A stretch of 64,000 bases of DNA from Gemmatimonadales bacterium (GTDB taxonomy: Bacteria; Gemmatimonadota; Gemmatimonadetes; Gemmatimonadales; GWC2-71-9): positions 1-64,000 of the forward strand of contig JBFJHJ010000004.1 in the NCBI GenBank assembly GCA_041613315.1. Reading direction: 5' to 3'. A model generated the notes under the pieces. The model was not told the DNA's origin and did not search any database. It saw nothing but the letters and a program-made list of their open reading frames with translations. The position numbers and the translations under genes are program-made. The first letter of the stretch is position 1, and the number at the start of each line of letters is the position of its first letter. Below, in pieces: positions 28,150-38,419 of the stretch.

Positions 28150-29136
28150 ATGACATCCGCCGCATCGTCAGCCGGCTTCCGGCCGGCCTACCTGTATCTC
28201 ACCCGGCCCGAGCTCGAGGCGCGCGTCCACCGCGCCCTGGGCACCCTCGAGGAGTGCCGCGCCTGCCCCCGGGACTGCGGGGTCAACCGCCTCGAGAACA
28301 AGTGGGCGGCCTGTAAGACCGGCCGCTACGCGGTGGTCGGCAGCTACTTCCCCCACTTCGGTGAGGAAGACTGTCTCCGCGGCCGGAACGGCTCGGGCAC
28401 GATCTTCTTTTCGCACTGCAACCTGCGGTGCGTCTTCTGCCAGAACTACGACATCAGCCAGGCGATCAAGCCGAGCGAGGCGCCACCGGGCTCGCGCCCG
28501 GAAGAGCTCGCAGCGATGATGCTCGAGCTTCAGGCACGCGGGTGCCACAACATCAACTTCGTGACCCCGGAGCACGTGGCCCCGCAGGTCGTGGAAGCCG
28601 TGGCGGCGGCGATCCTCCGAGGGCTCCACCTGCCGATCGTCTACAACACGAGCGCTTACGACGCGCTCGAGAGCCTGGAGCTGATGGACGGCATCGTGGA
28701 CATCTACATGCCGGACTTCAAGTACTGGACGGCCGACGGGAGCCGCACGTACCTCAAGGCGGAGGGCTACCCCGACGCCGCGCGGGCCGCGATCCGGGAG
28801 ATGCACCGGCAGGTGGGGCTGCTCACGTTCGACGCCGACGGGCTCGCGACCCGCGGCGTGCTCGTCCGCCACTTGGTCATGCCCGGCGCGCTGGACGAGA
28901 CGCGGGCGATCCTCGAATGGATCGCGACCGCGCTGGGGCCGGACACCTACGTGAACCTGATGGACCAGTACTACCCGGCGGGCAAGGTGGACGGCGAGCG
29001 TTATCCCGAGATCAACCGCCGCCTCCATTCCGCGGAGTTCCACGAGGCCCAGGCAATCGCGCGCGAGCTGGGGCTCCGGCGGCTGGACGAGCGGGCGGCC
29101 CCAGGAAGGCTGCGCGAGCGGAGGTTCGCCTGGTAG
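28150..29136 (+). CDS. Radical SAM protein, PflX-like
   Basis: C..CPR.CGVNR, HFGEE.CL.G..GSGTIFF, CNLRCVFC, NINFVTP.H, DIYMPDFKY. Confidence 0.9.
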   Translation: MTSAASSAGFRPAYLYLTRPELEARVHRALGTLEECRACPRDCGVNRLENKWAACKTGRYAVVGSYFPHFGEEDCLRGRNGSGTIFFSHCNLRCVFCQNYDISQAIKPSEAPPGSRPEELAAMMLELQARGCHNINFVTPEHVAPQVVEAVAAAILRGLHLPIVYNTSAYDALESLELMDGIVDIYMPDFKYWTADGSRTYLKAEGYPDAARAAIREMHRQVGLLTFDADGLATRGVLVRHLVMPGALDETRAILEWIATALGPDTYVNLMDQYYPAGKVDGERYPEINRRLHSAEFHEAQAIARELGLRRLDERAAPGRLRERRFAW

Positions 29137-29139
29137 GGC

Positions 29140-29167
29140 GCAATCCGCAGTCGGCCGTCTGCCATCC
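29140..29167 (+). repeat. Tandem heptamer repeat (GCNRTCN x4)
   Basis: gcaatcc gcagtcg gccgtct gccatcc. Confidence 0.65.
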
Positions 29168-29205
29168 GCAAGTCCCGTCGGGCGTCAGCTCTCGTGCGGA
29201 CGGCT

Positions 29206-29979
29206 TCATCCCTCTTCGAAGATCAACGAGAGACAACTCACCCCACCCTCCGCCTTGCGGAACTCGGAGATGTCCACGACGTGGACGTCCCGCCCGCGCC
29301 GCGCGAGCAGCTCGGCGGTCTCGGGGAACCCCTGGGCCAAGAGCACGGCATCACCGACGATGACCGTGTTGGCCCCGCCCAACTCGGTGGTCGGGAGGTC
29401 CAGGACCTCGAGTCCGTCGAACGGCGAGGGATCCACATGCGCGCGGCTCAACAGCACGGCGTCGCCACCGGCGCTCGCGCACGCGGATTTGAGATGCAGG
29501 ACCTGTTGCACCGCGACGGGGCGCACCTCGTATCCCAATGGGGCCACCCGCTCCCGCAGCTGCTCGATGCCCGCCTCGTTCGTGCGCCGCGTGCGGCCTA
29601 CGAACAGCATGCGGCCCACCCGCAACACGTCGCCGCCGTCCAGCGTCGCCGCGCCCAGGATGTACACCCGGGGCCGGAACGGCTCGAGCGCGCGGGCGAC
29701 CGTCGCGACCTCGCCGCGCCGCGACTCGGCGCCGGGATTCGCGATGACGGCGATCTCGTCGAGCACGACCGCCGTATCCTCGACGAAGGCCGCATCCGGA
29801 AGCTCCGGCTCCGGCGGAAGGCGGACGAGGCGAACACCGATACCCTCGAGCGCGGCCGCATAGGCACGATGTTGCGCCGCGGCGAGGTCGACATCGATGG
29901 GCGTTCGGGGAACGAACGAGAGCTCGCAGCGGGTGAGCGCCGGGCTGGGAGCGCGGACGATGGCGATGGGGTACGTCAC
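29206..29979 (-). CDS. Dimethylarginine dimethylaminohydrolase (amidinotransferase superfamily)
   Basis: PDA.FVED, R.GE, LDGGDV, RTN..G, HLKS, K.EGG.SCLS. Confidence 0.9.
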   Translation of the reverse strand: MTYPIAIVRAPSPALTRCELSFVPRTPIDVDLAAAQHRAYAAALEGIGVRLVRLPPEPELPDAAFVEDTAVVLDEIAVIANPGAESRRGEVATVARALEPFRPRVYILGAATLDGGDVLRVGRMLFVGRTRRTNEAGIEQLRERVAPLGYEVRPVAVQQVLHLKSACASAGGDAVLLSRAHVDPSPFDGLEVLDLPTTELGGANTVIVGDAVLLAQGFPETAELLARRGRDVHVVDISEFRKAEGGVSCLSLIFEEG

Positions 29980-29996
29980 ACGGGTCTGGATAGGGC

Positions 29997-30080
29997 GCGA
30001 TCCGCAGTCAGCAATCCGCAGTCCGTGGAGGATTCACCCCCCTGTGCACATGGGATGGCGGACCGCCGATTGCGGATCGC
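29997..30080. repeat. Inverted pair of heptamer arrays (4 + 4)
   Basis: gcgatcc gcagtca gcaatcc gcagtcc, a 28-nt spacer, then ggatggc ggaccgc cgattgc ggatcgc. Confidence 0.75.
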
Positions 30081-30086
30081 GATCAA

Positions 30087-33000
30087 CTACTTCTTCCGTT
30101 CCGACAACGACCGATAGTACTCCTCGACCAACTTGCGATACGCAGGCGGCACCTCGTCCGACCCCGTGAGATAGAGCCGCTGCTCACCCTGTCCCTCGAG
30201 CCACCGCCTGAGAGCGTACTCGAACTCCTTGAGTCCCTGAATCACCTCGGTCTGCAGCTGCGCCAGCGCGCGCGGATCGCCGTACGCCACACGGTCGTCC
30301 AGCTCGCGGAGCCGCCGGACGATCGCGTCCAGGTCACGCACGTCGATTCCCTCACCCCGCAGCCGCTGCCGTAACTCCTCGGCCTCGCCCAAACGCTCCT
30401 GGAACTCGCGCCGGAACTGCCGCGCGGCCCTCGGCGAGACGCGCCCGGAACCACCCGGACCACCCGGCGTGACCGCGCCCTCGTCGCCGCCACGCTCCTG
30501 CCCTTCCCGCTGCTGCCCTCCCTGCCCCTGCTGCCCTTGCTCCCCTTGCTGCCCCTGCTGTCCCTGCTGCCCCTGCTCCCGCGTTCCCTCAATCCGCTCC
30601 CGTGCCGACTCGAGGCCCCGTACCAGGTCCCGCGTGTCGTCCAACGCCCTTGCGATCCGCTGTTCCCGCGTCTCGCCTACCGCGCCCCGGGCCTGCTCGA
30701 TCTTGCGAGCCAGCTCGTCGAGATCGCTGCCGATCTGTTCCTCGAAGTTACGCGCGTAGTCCGGCGAGCGCTGCTGTACGACGCCGCGAGAGTAGAGGAT
30801 CTTCTCGCGCACCTTGTTGTCGCGGATGTGGTCCGCCGCCTCCGCGAGCTTCCGGCCGGCGTCGGGCTGGTCGCGCCGCGCCTCCCGAGACAGCCGGTCG
30901 AGCTGGCCTTCGAGCTCGCCCACCTGGCCCGCCATCTCGGCCTTCCGCTCCATGAGCCGACGCAGCCGTTCGCCCGCCAGCTCGCCACTCGCGCCCAATC
31001 GCTCGACGTCGCGCTGCACCTCGCGTTGCTCCTGCGCCAGGCGGCGCGCCCGTGCCAGCGCGTCGTCCACGTCGCGCTCCAACCGCCCCGAGCGGTTCTG
31101 CTCGAGGAGCCGCCGCGCTTCCTTGAGCTCATCCAACGCGGAGCGTCCCTGCGCGGTGCCCTGCGTGCCGCCCTCGGCGGCCGCCCGACGCATCGCCTCG
31201 GCCGCATCGCGAAGCCGCCGGGCCGTCTCGTTCAGCTCCGACAGCGATCGCTCGCGCGCGAGCCGCTCGAGCTGCCGCGCCAGTTCCTCGGCCTCTTCGG
31301 CTAGCCGGCGTTGCGAGGCCGTGCCGCCACCACCGGCGCCGGATTCCCGAGCCTGGGCCGCGGCGCGGAGCCGCTCGTTCTCCTGTTGCTGGCGCCGCGC
31401 CAGCTCCCGCAGCTTCTCGAGCGTCTCGTCGAGCTGATTGTCCACCTCCTGCCGCTGCCCGCGCTGGACCTGCTCGTACTGGTTGCGGAGCTTGTCCATC
31501 TCGAGATCGAACAAGTCGGCGAGGTCCTCCGCGTTCGGCGACTGCCCACCGCCGCCACCACCGCCGCCGCCCTGCGAGACCTGGATCTCTCGGAACGCCG
31601 CCTCGGCGCGCTGGAGCTGCTGCAGCGCCCGCTGCTCGGGCGACAGCGCTTCCTTGGGCTCGCGCCGACCGAGCAGCTCCTCGGCGGCCTGCATCTCCGT
31701 CGCCGCCGTGCGGAGCGCTTCGGCGATCTGCCGGAAGGTCGAATCGAGTTGCACGACGCCCCGGCTCTCGATCCGTCCGACCAGCGTCTTGACCTCTTCA
31801 CGGAGCCGACCCTGCGCGAGGGCCAGCGTGGCCAAGTGCTCGCGGAAGGTCTTGTCGTCGTACGCCGCGCGGTCCCGCGTCACGTTGAACGTGCCGGCCA
31901 CGATCTCCCGCTGACGCTCGGAGAGCGCCCCCGGAGTCATGCCTCCCGCGCCATCCATGCCCGGCTGCTGGTCCGCCTGGCGATACGACCGGTCGAAGGG
32001 GCGCACCTGCATGAAGTAGATATCGGTGCTGGAGACCCGCGCCTCGGGCCGCCCGGCGTCGGCCGCCCGGGCGTAGTACGAGATGAAGTCTCCCGGCTCG
32101 AGCTCGTGCTCTTCGAGGTAGAAGGTGTGTCCCCCGGTCACCGCCTTCCGTGCGCCGCGTCCGTAGAGCGCGACCGTGCGCTCGGGGCCGCCGTTCACGG
32201 CGTAGACGAGGTCCACGCGGGCGATCCCGTAATCGTCCTCCGCTTCGACTTCGGTGAACACCTCCTCGACCGCGGTGACCTGGAGGTCACGCCCCGGCGT
32301 CCTGAACTTCACGACCGGCGGCTGGTCCTCGAGCACGTCGATCAGGTAGTCGGGCGATCCCCCGACGAGTCTTCCGTCCGACATGCGGAACGCGATGCGG
32401 TAGAGCCCCTCCTCGCGCACGGTGACCTCGCCCACGAGCAGCCCATCGGCGTCGGGAAGGAGGGCGAGCGTGTCGCCTCGATCCACCACGATGGCGCCGC
32501 CCGAGACGTCGATCGTGGACCGCACTTCGACGCGCACGCGTGTGCCACGGAGCGCCGCGATGTCACCGCCGTCCTCCACCCGCTGCGGCCGGAGGCCGGT
32601 GTATGCGGGGAAGTGATACTCGAGCGCGATCGTCTTCACGTACGGGAGATCGACGACCGTGACCCGCACCAGAGGCGAACGGACGCCGCCTGCCTCGACG
32701 AAGTACTCCGTCGGCTCGTCGAGATCGAACAGAAGGATCGAGCGATCCGCCGCCTCGTCTTCCACGGTCATCGGCCAGCGCTCCCACTCACCCGCGCCGC
32801 GGCGGACCGCGATATCTACCCGGTCGGCATCGAAGTTCCGGAGCCGAGCGATGACCTTGAGGTCGCTGCCGCGGGCGACGACGGTGTCGCGGGGTGACAC
32901 GATGATGGCGTACGGGGTGCCGCCGGCCGCCGGCTGCCACGGCGCGAGCACGAGGCCCGCGCCCTGGCGCACGAAGCCGGGACCGAGAAACAGAAAGAGC

Positions 33001-33527
33001 AGCGCCGTGAGCGTGGCACCGGCCAGCATGCCGGAGGAGCGCGTGACCGACCGCCGCTCGATCCCACGTCCGTTGTCGACCTGCGCGCACCGCTCGAGCG
33101 CCGATTCGACCAATCGCTCGATCAACGCCGCCGAATGCGGCTGATCCGTCGCGCCCTCGGGGCGCCCGAACTCGACCGCGCTCACCAGCGCCGCGTCGAG
33201 CGACGGCTCGTGTTCTTCCACGTAGAGTGCGACCCGCTCATCCGTGACGTCCCGCCGGAACGGGAGCACGAGATACCGGACGGCGAGCGCGGCCAGGGTG
33301 CCGTAGGCCACGATCCGGAAGAGCAGGATGGCCGTAGGCGTGAAGCGGAAGTAGTCGATCCCGTAGGCCGAGAGGAGGAGCACGGCGACGCCGGCGGCGA
33401 GCACGATGGCCGTGCCCGTGAGCAGGACCCGGAGGCGCCAGCGGCGCTTCACGGCACGGACCACGTCCAGGAGCCGCTCGCGGCTCGAGACGTGGCGGTG
33501 CTCGTCGCGATCGAAGAGACCTGGCAT
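30087..33527 (-). CDS. Large membrane protein with Ig-like domains and long coiled coil (DUF4175-like)
   Basis: 3 TMs, YP.YTG and A.DDYG motifs, long E/R/Q coiled coil, QG repeats, C-terminal VP..YRK.VEEYY..L. Confidence 0.8.
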   Translation of the reverse strand: MPGLFDRDEHRHVSSRERLLDVVRAVKRRWRLRVLLTGTAIVLAAGVAVLLLSAYGIDYFRFTPTAILLFRIVAYGTLAALAVRYLVLPFRRDVTDERVALYVEEHEPSLDAALVSAVEFGRPEGATDQPHSAALIERLVESALERCAQVDNGRGIERRSVTRSSGMLAGATLTALLFLFLGPGFVRQGAGLVLAPWQPAAGGTPYAIIVSPRDTVVARGSDLKVIARLRNFDADRVDIAVRRGAGEWERWPMTVEDEAADRSILLFDLDEPTEYFVEAGGVRSPLVRVTVVDLPYVKTIALEYHFPAYTGLRPQRVEDGGDIAALRGTRVRVEVRSTIDVSGGAIVVDRGDTLALLPDADGLLVGEVTVREEGLYRIAFRMSDGRLVGGSPDYLIDVLEDQPPVVKFRTPGRDLQVTAVEEVFTEVEAEDDYGIARVDLVYAVNGGPERTVALYGRGARKAVTGGHTFYLEEHELEPGDFISYYARAADAGRPEARVSSTDIYFMQVRPFDRSYRQADQQPGMDGAGGMTPGALSERQREIVAGTFNVTRDRAAYDDKTFREHLATLALAQGRLREEVKTLVGRIESRGVVQLDSTFRQIAEALRTAATEMQAAEELLGRREPKEALSPEQRALQQLQRAEAAFREIQVSQGGGGGGGGGQSPNAEDLADLFDLEMDKLRNQYEQVQRGQRQEVDNQLDETLEKLRELARRQQQENERLRAAAQARESGAGGGGTASQRRLAEEAEELARQLERLARERSLSELNETARRLRDAAEAMRRAAAEGGTQGTAQGRSALDELKEARRLLEQNRSGRLERDVDDALARARRLAQEQREVQRDVERLGASGELAGERLRRLMERKAEMAGQVGELEGQLDRLSREARRDQPDAGRKLAEAADHIRDNKVREKILYSRGVVQQRSPDYARNFEEQIGSDLDELARKIEQARGAVGETREQRIARALDDTRDLVRGLESARERIEGTREQGQQGQQGQQGEQGQQGQGGQQREGQERGGDEGAVTPGGPGGSGRVSPRAARQFRREFQERLGEAEELRQRLRGEGIDVRDLDAIVRRLRELDDRVAYGDPRALAQLQTEVIQGLKEFEYALRRWLEGQGEQRLYLTGSDEVPPAYRKLVEEYYRSLSERKK

Positions 33528-33537
33528 ACGTGGCTCC

Positions 33538-35604
33538 TCACACCGTGGCAGGCCCGCGCCGCGGGCGCCGGTTCGCCAGCACGGTCTCCGCCACCAGGAG
33601 CAGCAGGACCGCTACCAAAAGATACCACCACAGCCCCTGACGGCGTTCCCGTTCCTCCGGACTCAGCGTCACGTCGAGGCTGGCCGCCCGCGCCCCCGCC
33701 CCGGCGGCCGGCACGACGGCCGCCGCGAATTCGGTGGGGTCGAGGCGCGCGAGATCCGACTCCCGCGCGTCCAGGTTCACGGCGACGATGCGCCGCGCGG
33801 CGCCGTCCTTCCCGACGGGGCGAAGCTCGTAGAAGCCCTGCTCCTCGAACGACACGTATCGTGCGCCACCCCTCGTCTCCTCCATCACGCGCGCCCCAGA
33901 CGGCGCTTCGACCACCCATTCGGTGCGCGCCGCCGCGCCGGCTGCCGACGCATCCAGCGATCCGAGATCGAGCACGTCGCCCGCCGTGACCCAGGGATCG
34001 GCCGGCACGTAGCGCGCCAAGTAGCGGACGAGCTGGTGCACAAACGGCAGGAACACCGGCTGGACGGGCAGATCCCCCCAGAAGTTGTCGAACCCCGCGG
34101 TCCACACCATCACCCGGCCCGCCCCGACCCGGCGTTCCGCCAGCGCCACCGCACCGTCATCGAAGCGCGCCAGGACGCGCACGGAATCGTCGGGGTCGAA
34201 CCGCCGATAGCGGAAGATGCGGGCCGCGGTGAGGTCGCCGCTCCGCGGAGCACGGAACACCTCGAAGACGGGGTGGTCGTAGTCGAAGTCGGCGAGCGTG
34301 CCGCCGCGGTCAGCGAGGCGGTCGAGCGCTTGACCGGCCGTGCCCGGGAGGAGGCCGGCGGCCTGGCTTTGCGCCGTGCGCCGGCCCAGCACCACCAGGA
34401 GCCCGCCCCCGGCCTCCACGAACCGCCGCATGCGGCTCGCGGCGGCTGCGGTGGGGAGCGGCGCGTCGTTCACGATCACCACGGCGCGGCCTGCCAGCTC
34501 CTCCGCTCCGATCGCGCCCTGGCCGGTCGTCATGTCCATGGGCGGGTCGTCCCCGATCTCGAGCGCGCGCCGCACGTAGATCCGCTCGGCAGGAGGCGCG
34601 TCGGGATGCTCGACGAGTAGGACCGGGATCGCGCGCCGCGGTGTGATCACCGCATGGAAGCGATCGTCGGTCGGCAGCGCGTCGCCCGCGATCTCGACCG
34701 TGGCGCGCACCGGCCGGGACGGGACCGGCACGGGGGCGAACCGCGCCACCGCGCCACCGTTCGCCGGCAGCACCGCCAGAGCCGTCTCGACCGGGCTCCC
34801 GTCGATGCGGAGCGTCACCCGCTGCTCGGGGACGGGATCGGGACTGCGATTCACGACCCGCGCGGTGACGGCCACACGGTCCGGCCCGCTTCGCGACAGG
34901 CGCTCGACCGCGATCCCGGTGACCGCCACGTTGTGCGGCGCGGGATCGGACAGGTCCACCCGCGTGAGGCCGGCGCCCTCGGGCAGCCGCACCTGCTCGC
35001 TCCGGTCCCACCCGCTCGCCTGAAAGTCCGTGATGAGCACCGCCTCCCGGCGCGGCCGTTCCGACTGCTGGAGCAGCTCGCGGGCCAGCTCCAGGGCCGG
35101 GGCGTAGTGCGTGCCGCGCGCGCTGAGCGTCGCGCCATTGAGCGCCGCCTGCAGCACCGCGCCGTCGGCGGTCCGGGGCGACGCTGCGACGGCGCGGTCG
35201 GCGAAGAGCACGAGGGTCGCCCGATCGTCGGGCCCGAGGCCCTCCACCGCGCGACGCGCCGCCCGGACCCCGCGGTCCCACCGATCGCCGTAGCCCATGC
35301 TGTAGGAGTGGTCGAGCAGGATCACGACCTCGCGCCCGCCGCCCGTGGCGGTGATCCCGAGCGGCCGGTCGAGCAGCGGCCGGGCGAACGCCACGGCCAG
35401 CAGAACGACGGCGGCGGCCCTGAGGATGAAGAGCAGCCAGTGGCGGATGCGCTGCCGTTTCACCGAGCGGAACGGGATCTGGCGTAGGAACATCAGCGAC
35501 GGGAACGCGATCGGCTCGCGCCGTTGGCGCTGGGTGAGGTGGATGATCACCGGAATCGCCACCAGGCCGAGCCCGGCGAGGAAAAGCGGCGCGAGGAAGC
35601 TCAT
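33538..35604 (-). CDS. BatA N-terminal domain + vWA membrane protein
   Basis: MSFLAP.FL.....IP.IIHL.......FPSL.FL (BatA), LDHSYSM MIDAS, ITDFQ, C-terminal TM. Confidence 0.88.
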   Translation of the reverse strand: MSFLAPLFLAGLGLVAIPVIIHLTQRQRREPIAFPSLMFLRQIPFRSVKRQRIRHWLLFILRAAAVVLLAVAFARPLLDRPLGITATGGGREVVILLDHSYSMGYGDRWDRGVRAARRAVEGLGPDDRATLVLFADRAVAASPRTADGAVLQAALNGATLSARGTHYAPALELARELLQQSERPRREAVLITDFQASGWDRSEQVRLPEGAGLTRVDLSDPAPHNVAVTGIAVERLSRSGPDRVAVTARVVNRSPDPVPEQRVTLRIDGSPVETALAVLPANGGAVARFAPVPVPSRPVRATVEIAGDALPTDDRFHAVITPRRAIPVLLVEHPDAPPAERIYVRRALEIGDDPPMDMTTGQGAIGAEELAGRAVVIVNDAPLPTAAAASRMRRFVEAGGGLLVVLGRRTAQSQAAGLLPGTAGQALDRLADRGGTLADFDYDHPVFEVFRAPRSGDLTAARIFRYRRFDPDDSVRVLARFDDGAVALAERRVGAGRVMVWTAGFDNFWGDLPVQPVFLPFVHQLVRYLARYVPADPWVTAGDVLDLGSLDASAAGAAARTEWVVEAPSGARVMEETRGGARYVSFEEQGFYELRPVGKDGAARRIVAVNLDARESDLARLDPTEFAAAVVPAAGAGARAASLDVTLSPEERERRQGLWWYLLVAVLLLLVAETVLANRRPRRGPATV

Positions 35605-35608
35605 CCGA

Positions 35609-36498
35609 TCACCGGACCCGGACCAGCCGCTCCCGGCGGGACAGGTACTCGAACAGCGCGAAGTCCAGCGGCGTCGACGTATCGAACAGGCAGTAGTCCA
35701 TCCGATCTTGCACCAGGAGGCGGCCCACTTCGGCGATGTGATCCGCCACCATGGTCCGGTACCGCTCCCGCAGCTCCTCCGGCACGACGGGAATCCGTTC
35801 CCCGCTCTCCAGATCCTCGAACTCGCCGGCACCCTCGAAGGGGAACGTCCGTTCAGCGGGGTCCAGCACGTGAAAGACGATCACGTCGTTGCCCTTGCCG
35901 CGGAGGTAGCGGACCGCCCGCGCCACCTCCTGCGGGTCTTCGTAGAAATCCGAGATCAGGACCAGGATGCTGCGGCGCCGCACGGTGTCGGCGATCTTGC
36001 GGAGCGGCCACGCCAGCGCTCCGGCCGCGCCGGGCCGCACGCGGTCGAGCTCGTGGAGCACCGTGTCCAGGTGCTTCGCGGACGGCGGCACGCGCTCCAC
36101 CACGTCCCGGTCGAACGTCACCAGGCCCACGCGGTCGCGCTGCTGGCGCGAGAAGTAGGTGAGACATGCGGCGAGGTACCGGGCGTAATCGAGCTTGGTG
36201 ATCGCCCCGCTGCCGAAGTCCATGGAGCGCGAGATGTCCAGCAGCACGCTGAAGTTGGTGTTCGTGTCGGCCTCGAATTCCTTCACGTAGAACCGGTCGG
36301 TCCGCCCGAAGACCCGCCAGTCGATGCGCCGGATGTCGTCGCCGGGCATGTACGCGCGGTGCTCGGCGAAATCGATGGACCGGCCCAGGTAGGGCGCGTG
36401 GTGCAGCCCGTTGATGAAGCCGTCCACCACCGTCCGCGCCAGCAGCTCGAGGGTGTCGATCCGCCCGAGGACGGCGGGGTCCAGGAAGCGAGGCGCCG

Positions 36499-36502
<4 letters not shown>
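35609..36502 (-). CDS. DUF58 (vWA-like) protein
   Basis: DFAEHRAY.PGDDIR.IDW, LDISRSM, ISDF; GTG start overlapping the MoxR stop. Confidence 0.9.
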
Positions 36503-37527
<1,025 letters not shown>

Positions 37528-37573
37528 TAGGACCGTTATCCGTTCTCCGCGGTTCGTGCAGGTCTCGTGGGGG

Positions 37574-37625
37574 GCCATCCGCGATCAGCAATCCGTACGG
37601 TGCCGGATCGCGGACTGCAGATTGC
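37574..37625. repeat. Inverted pair of heptamer arrays (3 + 3)
   Basis: gccatcc gcgatca gcaatcc, a 10-nt spacer, then ggatcgc ggactgc agattgc. Confidence 0.7.
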
Positions 37626-37633
37626 CGAGCGCG

Positions 37634-38410
37634 TCAGTGCGTCATCGCATACACGATATAGTTGATCCCCAGCTTGTACGCCTCGTTCGAGAGGTCGATG
37701 GGGAAGAATCCCTGATCCGACCACTCCCAATATTCGCCGATATCGTTGTTGTAGTTCACGATCAGCATCAAGCGCTTCGCGGGGTCGTTGTCTTCGAACA
37801 CCCCGAAGTAGACGGCCTGCTCCGTGGTGATGTTCTCGTACGGATGGTGCGTCGGCAGCTGCTCGATGTCGAAGAAGGCGTGGAAGATCTGGTGCGACGC
37901 GTCGAGCGGCACGAGCTTGGCGCCCGGCAGGACCGTCTGCAGCTTCTCCGCGAAGTTGTACCACTGCGGCCCCACGAAGTCGTCGAAGATCAGAAACCCG
38001 CCCTTGTGCAGATAGCTCCGCAGATTCTCCGCCTCCTTGTCGCTCACCGTCCAGAAGCCCGGCTCCGACACGTACACGATCGGATACTGAAACAGCCGGG
38101 GGTCGTCCGCCGCCAGGATGTTGCCGCCGTCCATGTACGGCCGGATGGCGGTGAGCTCGCTCAGGAGCTTCATCAGGTTGCGCTCCGCCCGGGGGTAGTC
38201 GTGATCCCACTTGAGATCGCGCCCGCGGAAGAAGCCGCCGCCGCCGGCCCACCCGGGAAGCGGATCGTACCGCAGCCGGGCGAACGTGAACCGGCCGTCG
38301 TACGGCGTATTGTACCGTTCGTAGACCTCGTCGGCCGGCCGCCGGTTCTGCGCGGCCAGGGGCGGCGCCAACACGGCCAGCACGACGGCGAGTCCGGCCC
38401 ATCGGCTCAT
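37634..38410 (-). CDS. DUF4159-family secreted protein
   Basis: Signal peptide; W..DYP, LRSYL.KGGFLIFDDF, N.D.GEYWEW, LG.N..VYAMTH. Confidence 0.85.
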   Translation of the reverse strand: MSRWAGLAVVLAVLAPPLAAQNRRPADEVYERYNTPYDGRFTFARLRYDPLPGWAGGGGFFRGRDLKWDHDYPRAERNLMKLLSELTAIRPYMDGGNILAADDPRLFQYPIVYVSEPGFWTVSDKEAENLRSYLHKGGFLIFDDFVGPQWYNFAEKLQTVLPGAKLVPLDASHQIFHAFFDIEQLPTHHPYENITTEQAVYFGVFEDNDPAKRLMLIVNYNNDIGEYWEWSDQGFFPIDLSNEAYKLGINYIVYAMTH

Positions 38411-38419
38411 CGCGCGCAC

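Noticed and set aside
30498..30578. Tandem DNA repeat or contingency locus
   Set aside because: It encodes the Gln/Gly linker (QGQQGQQG) of the coiled-coil protein, with synonymous variation.
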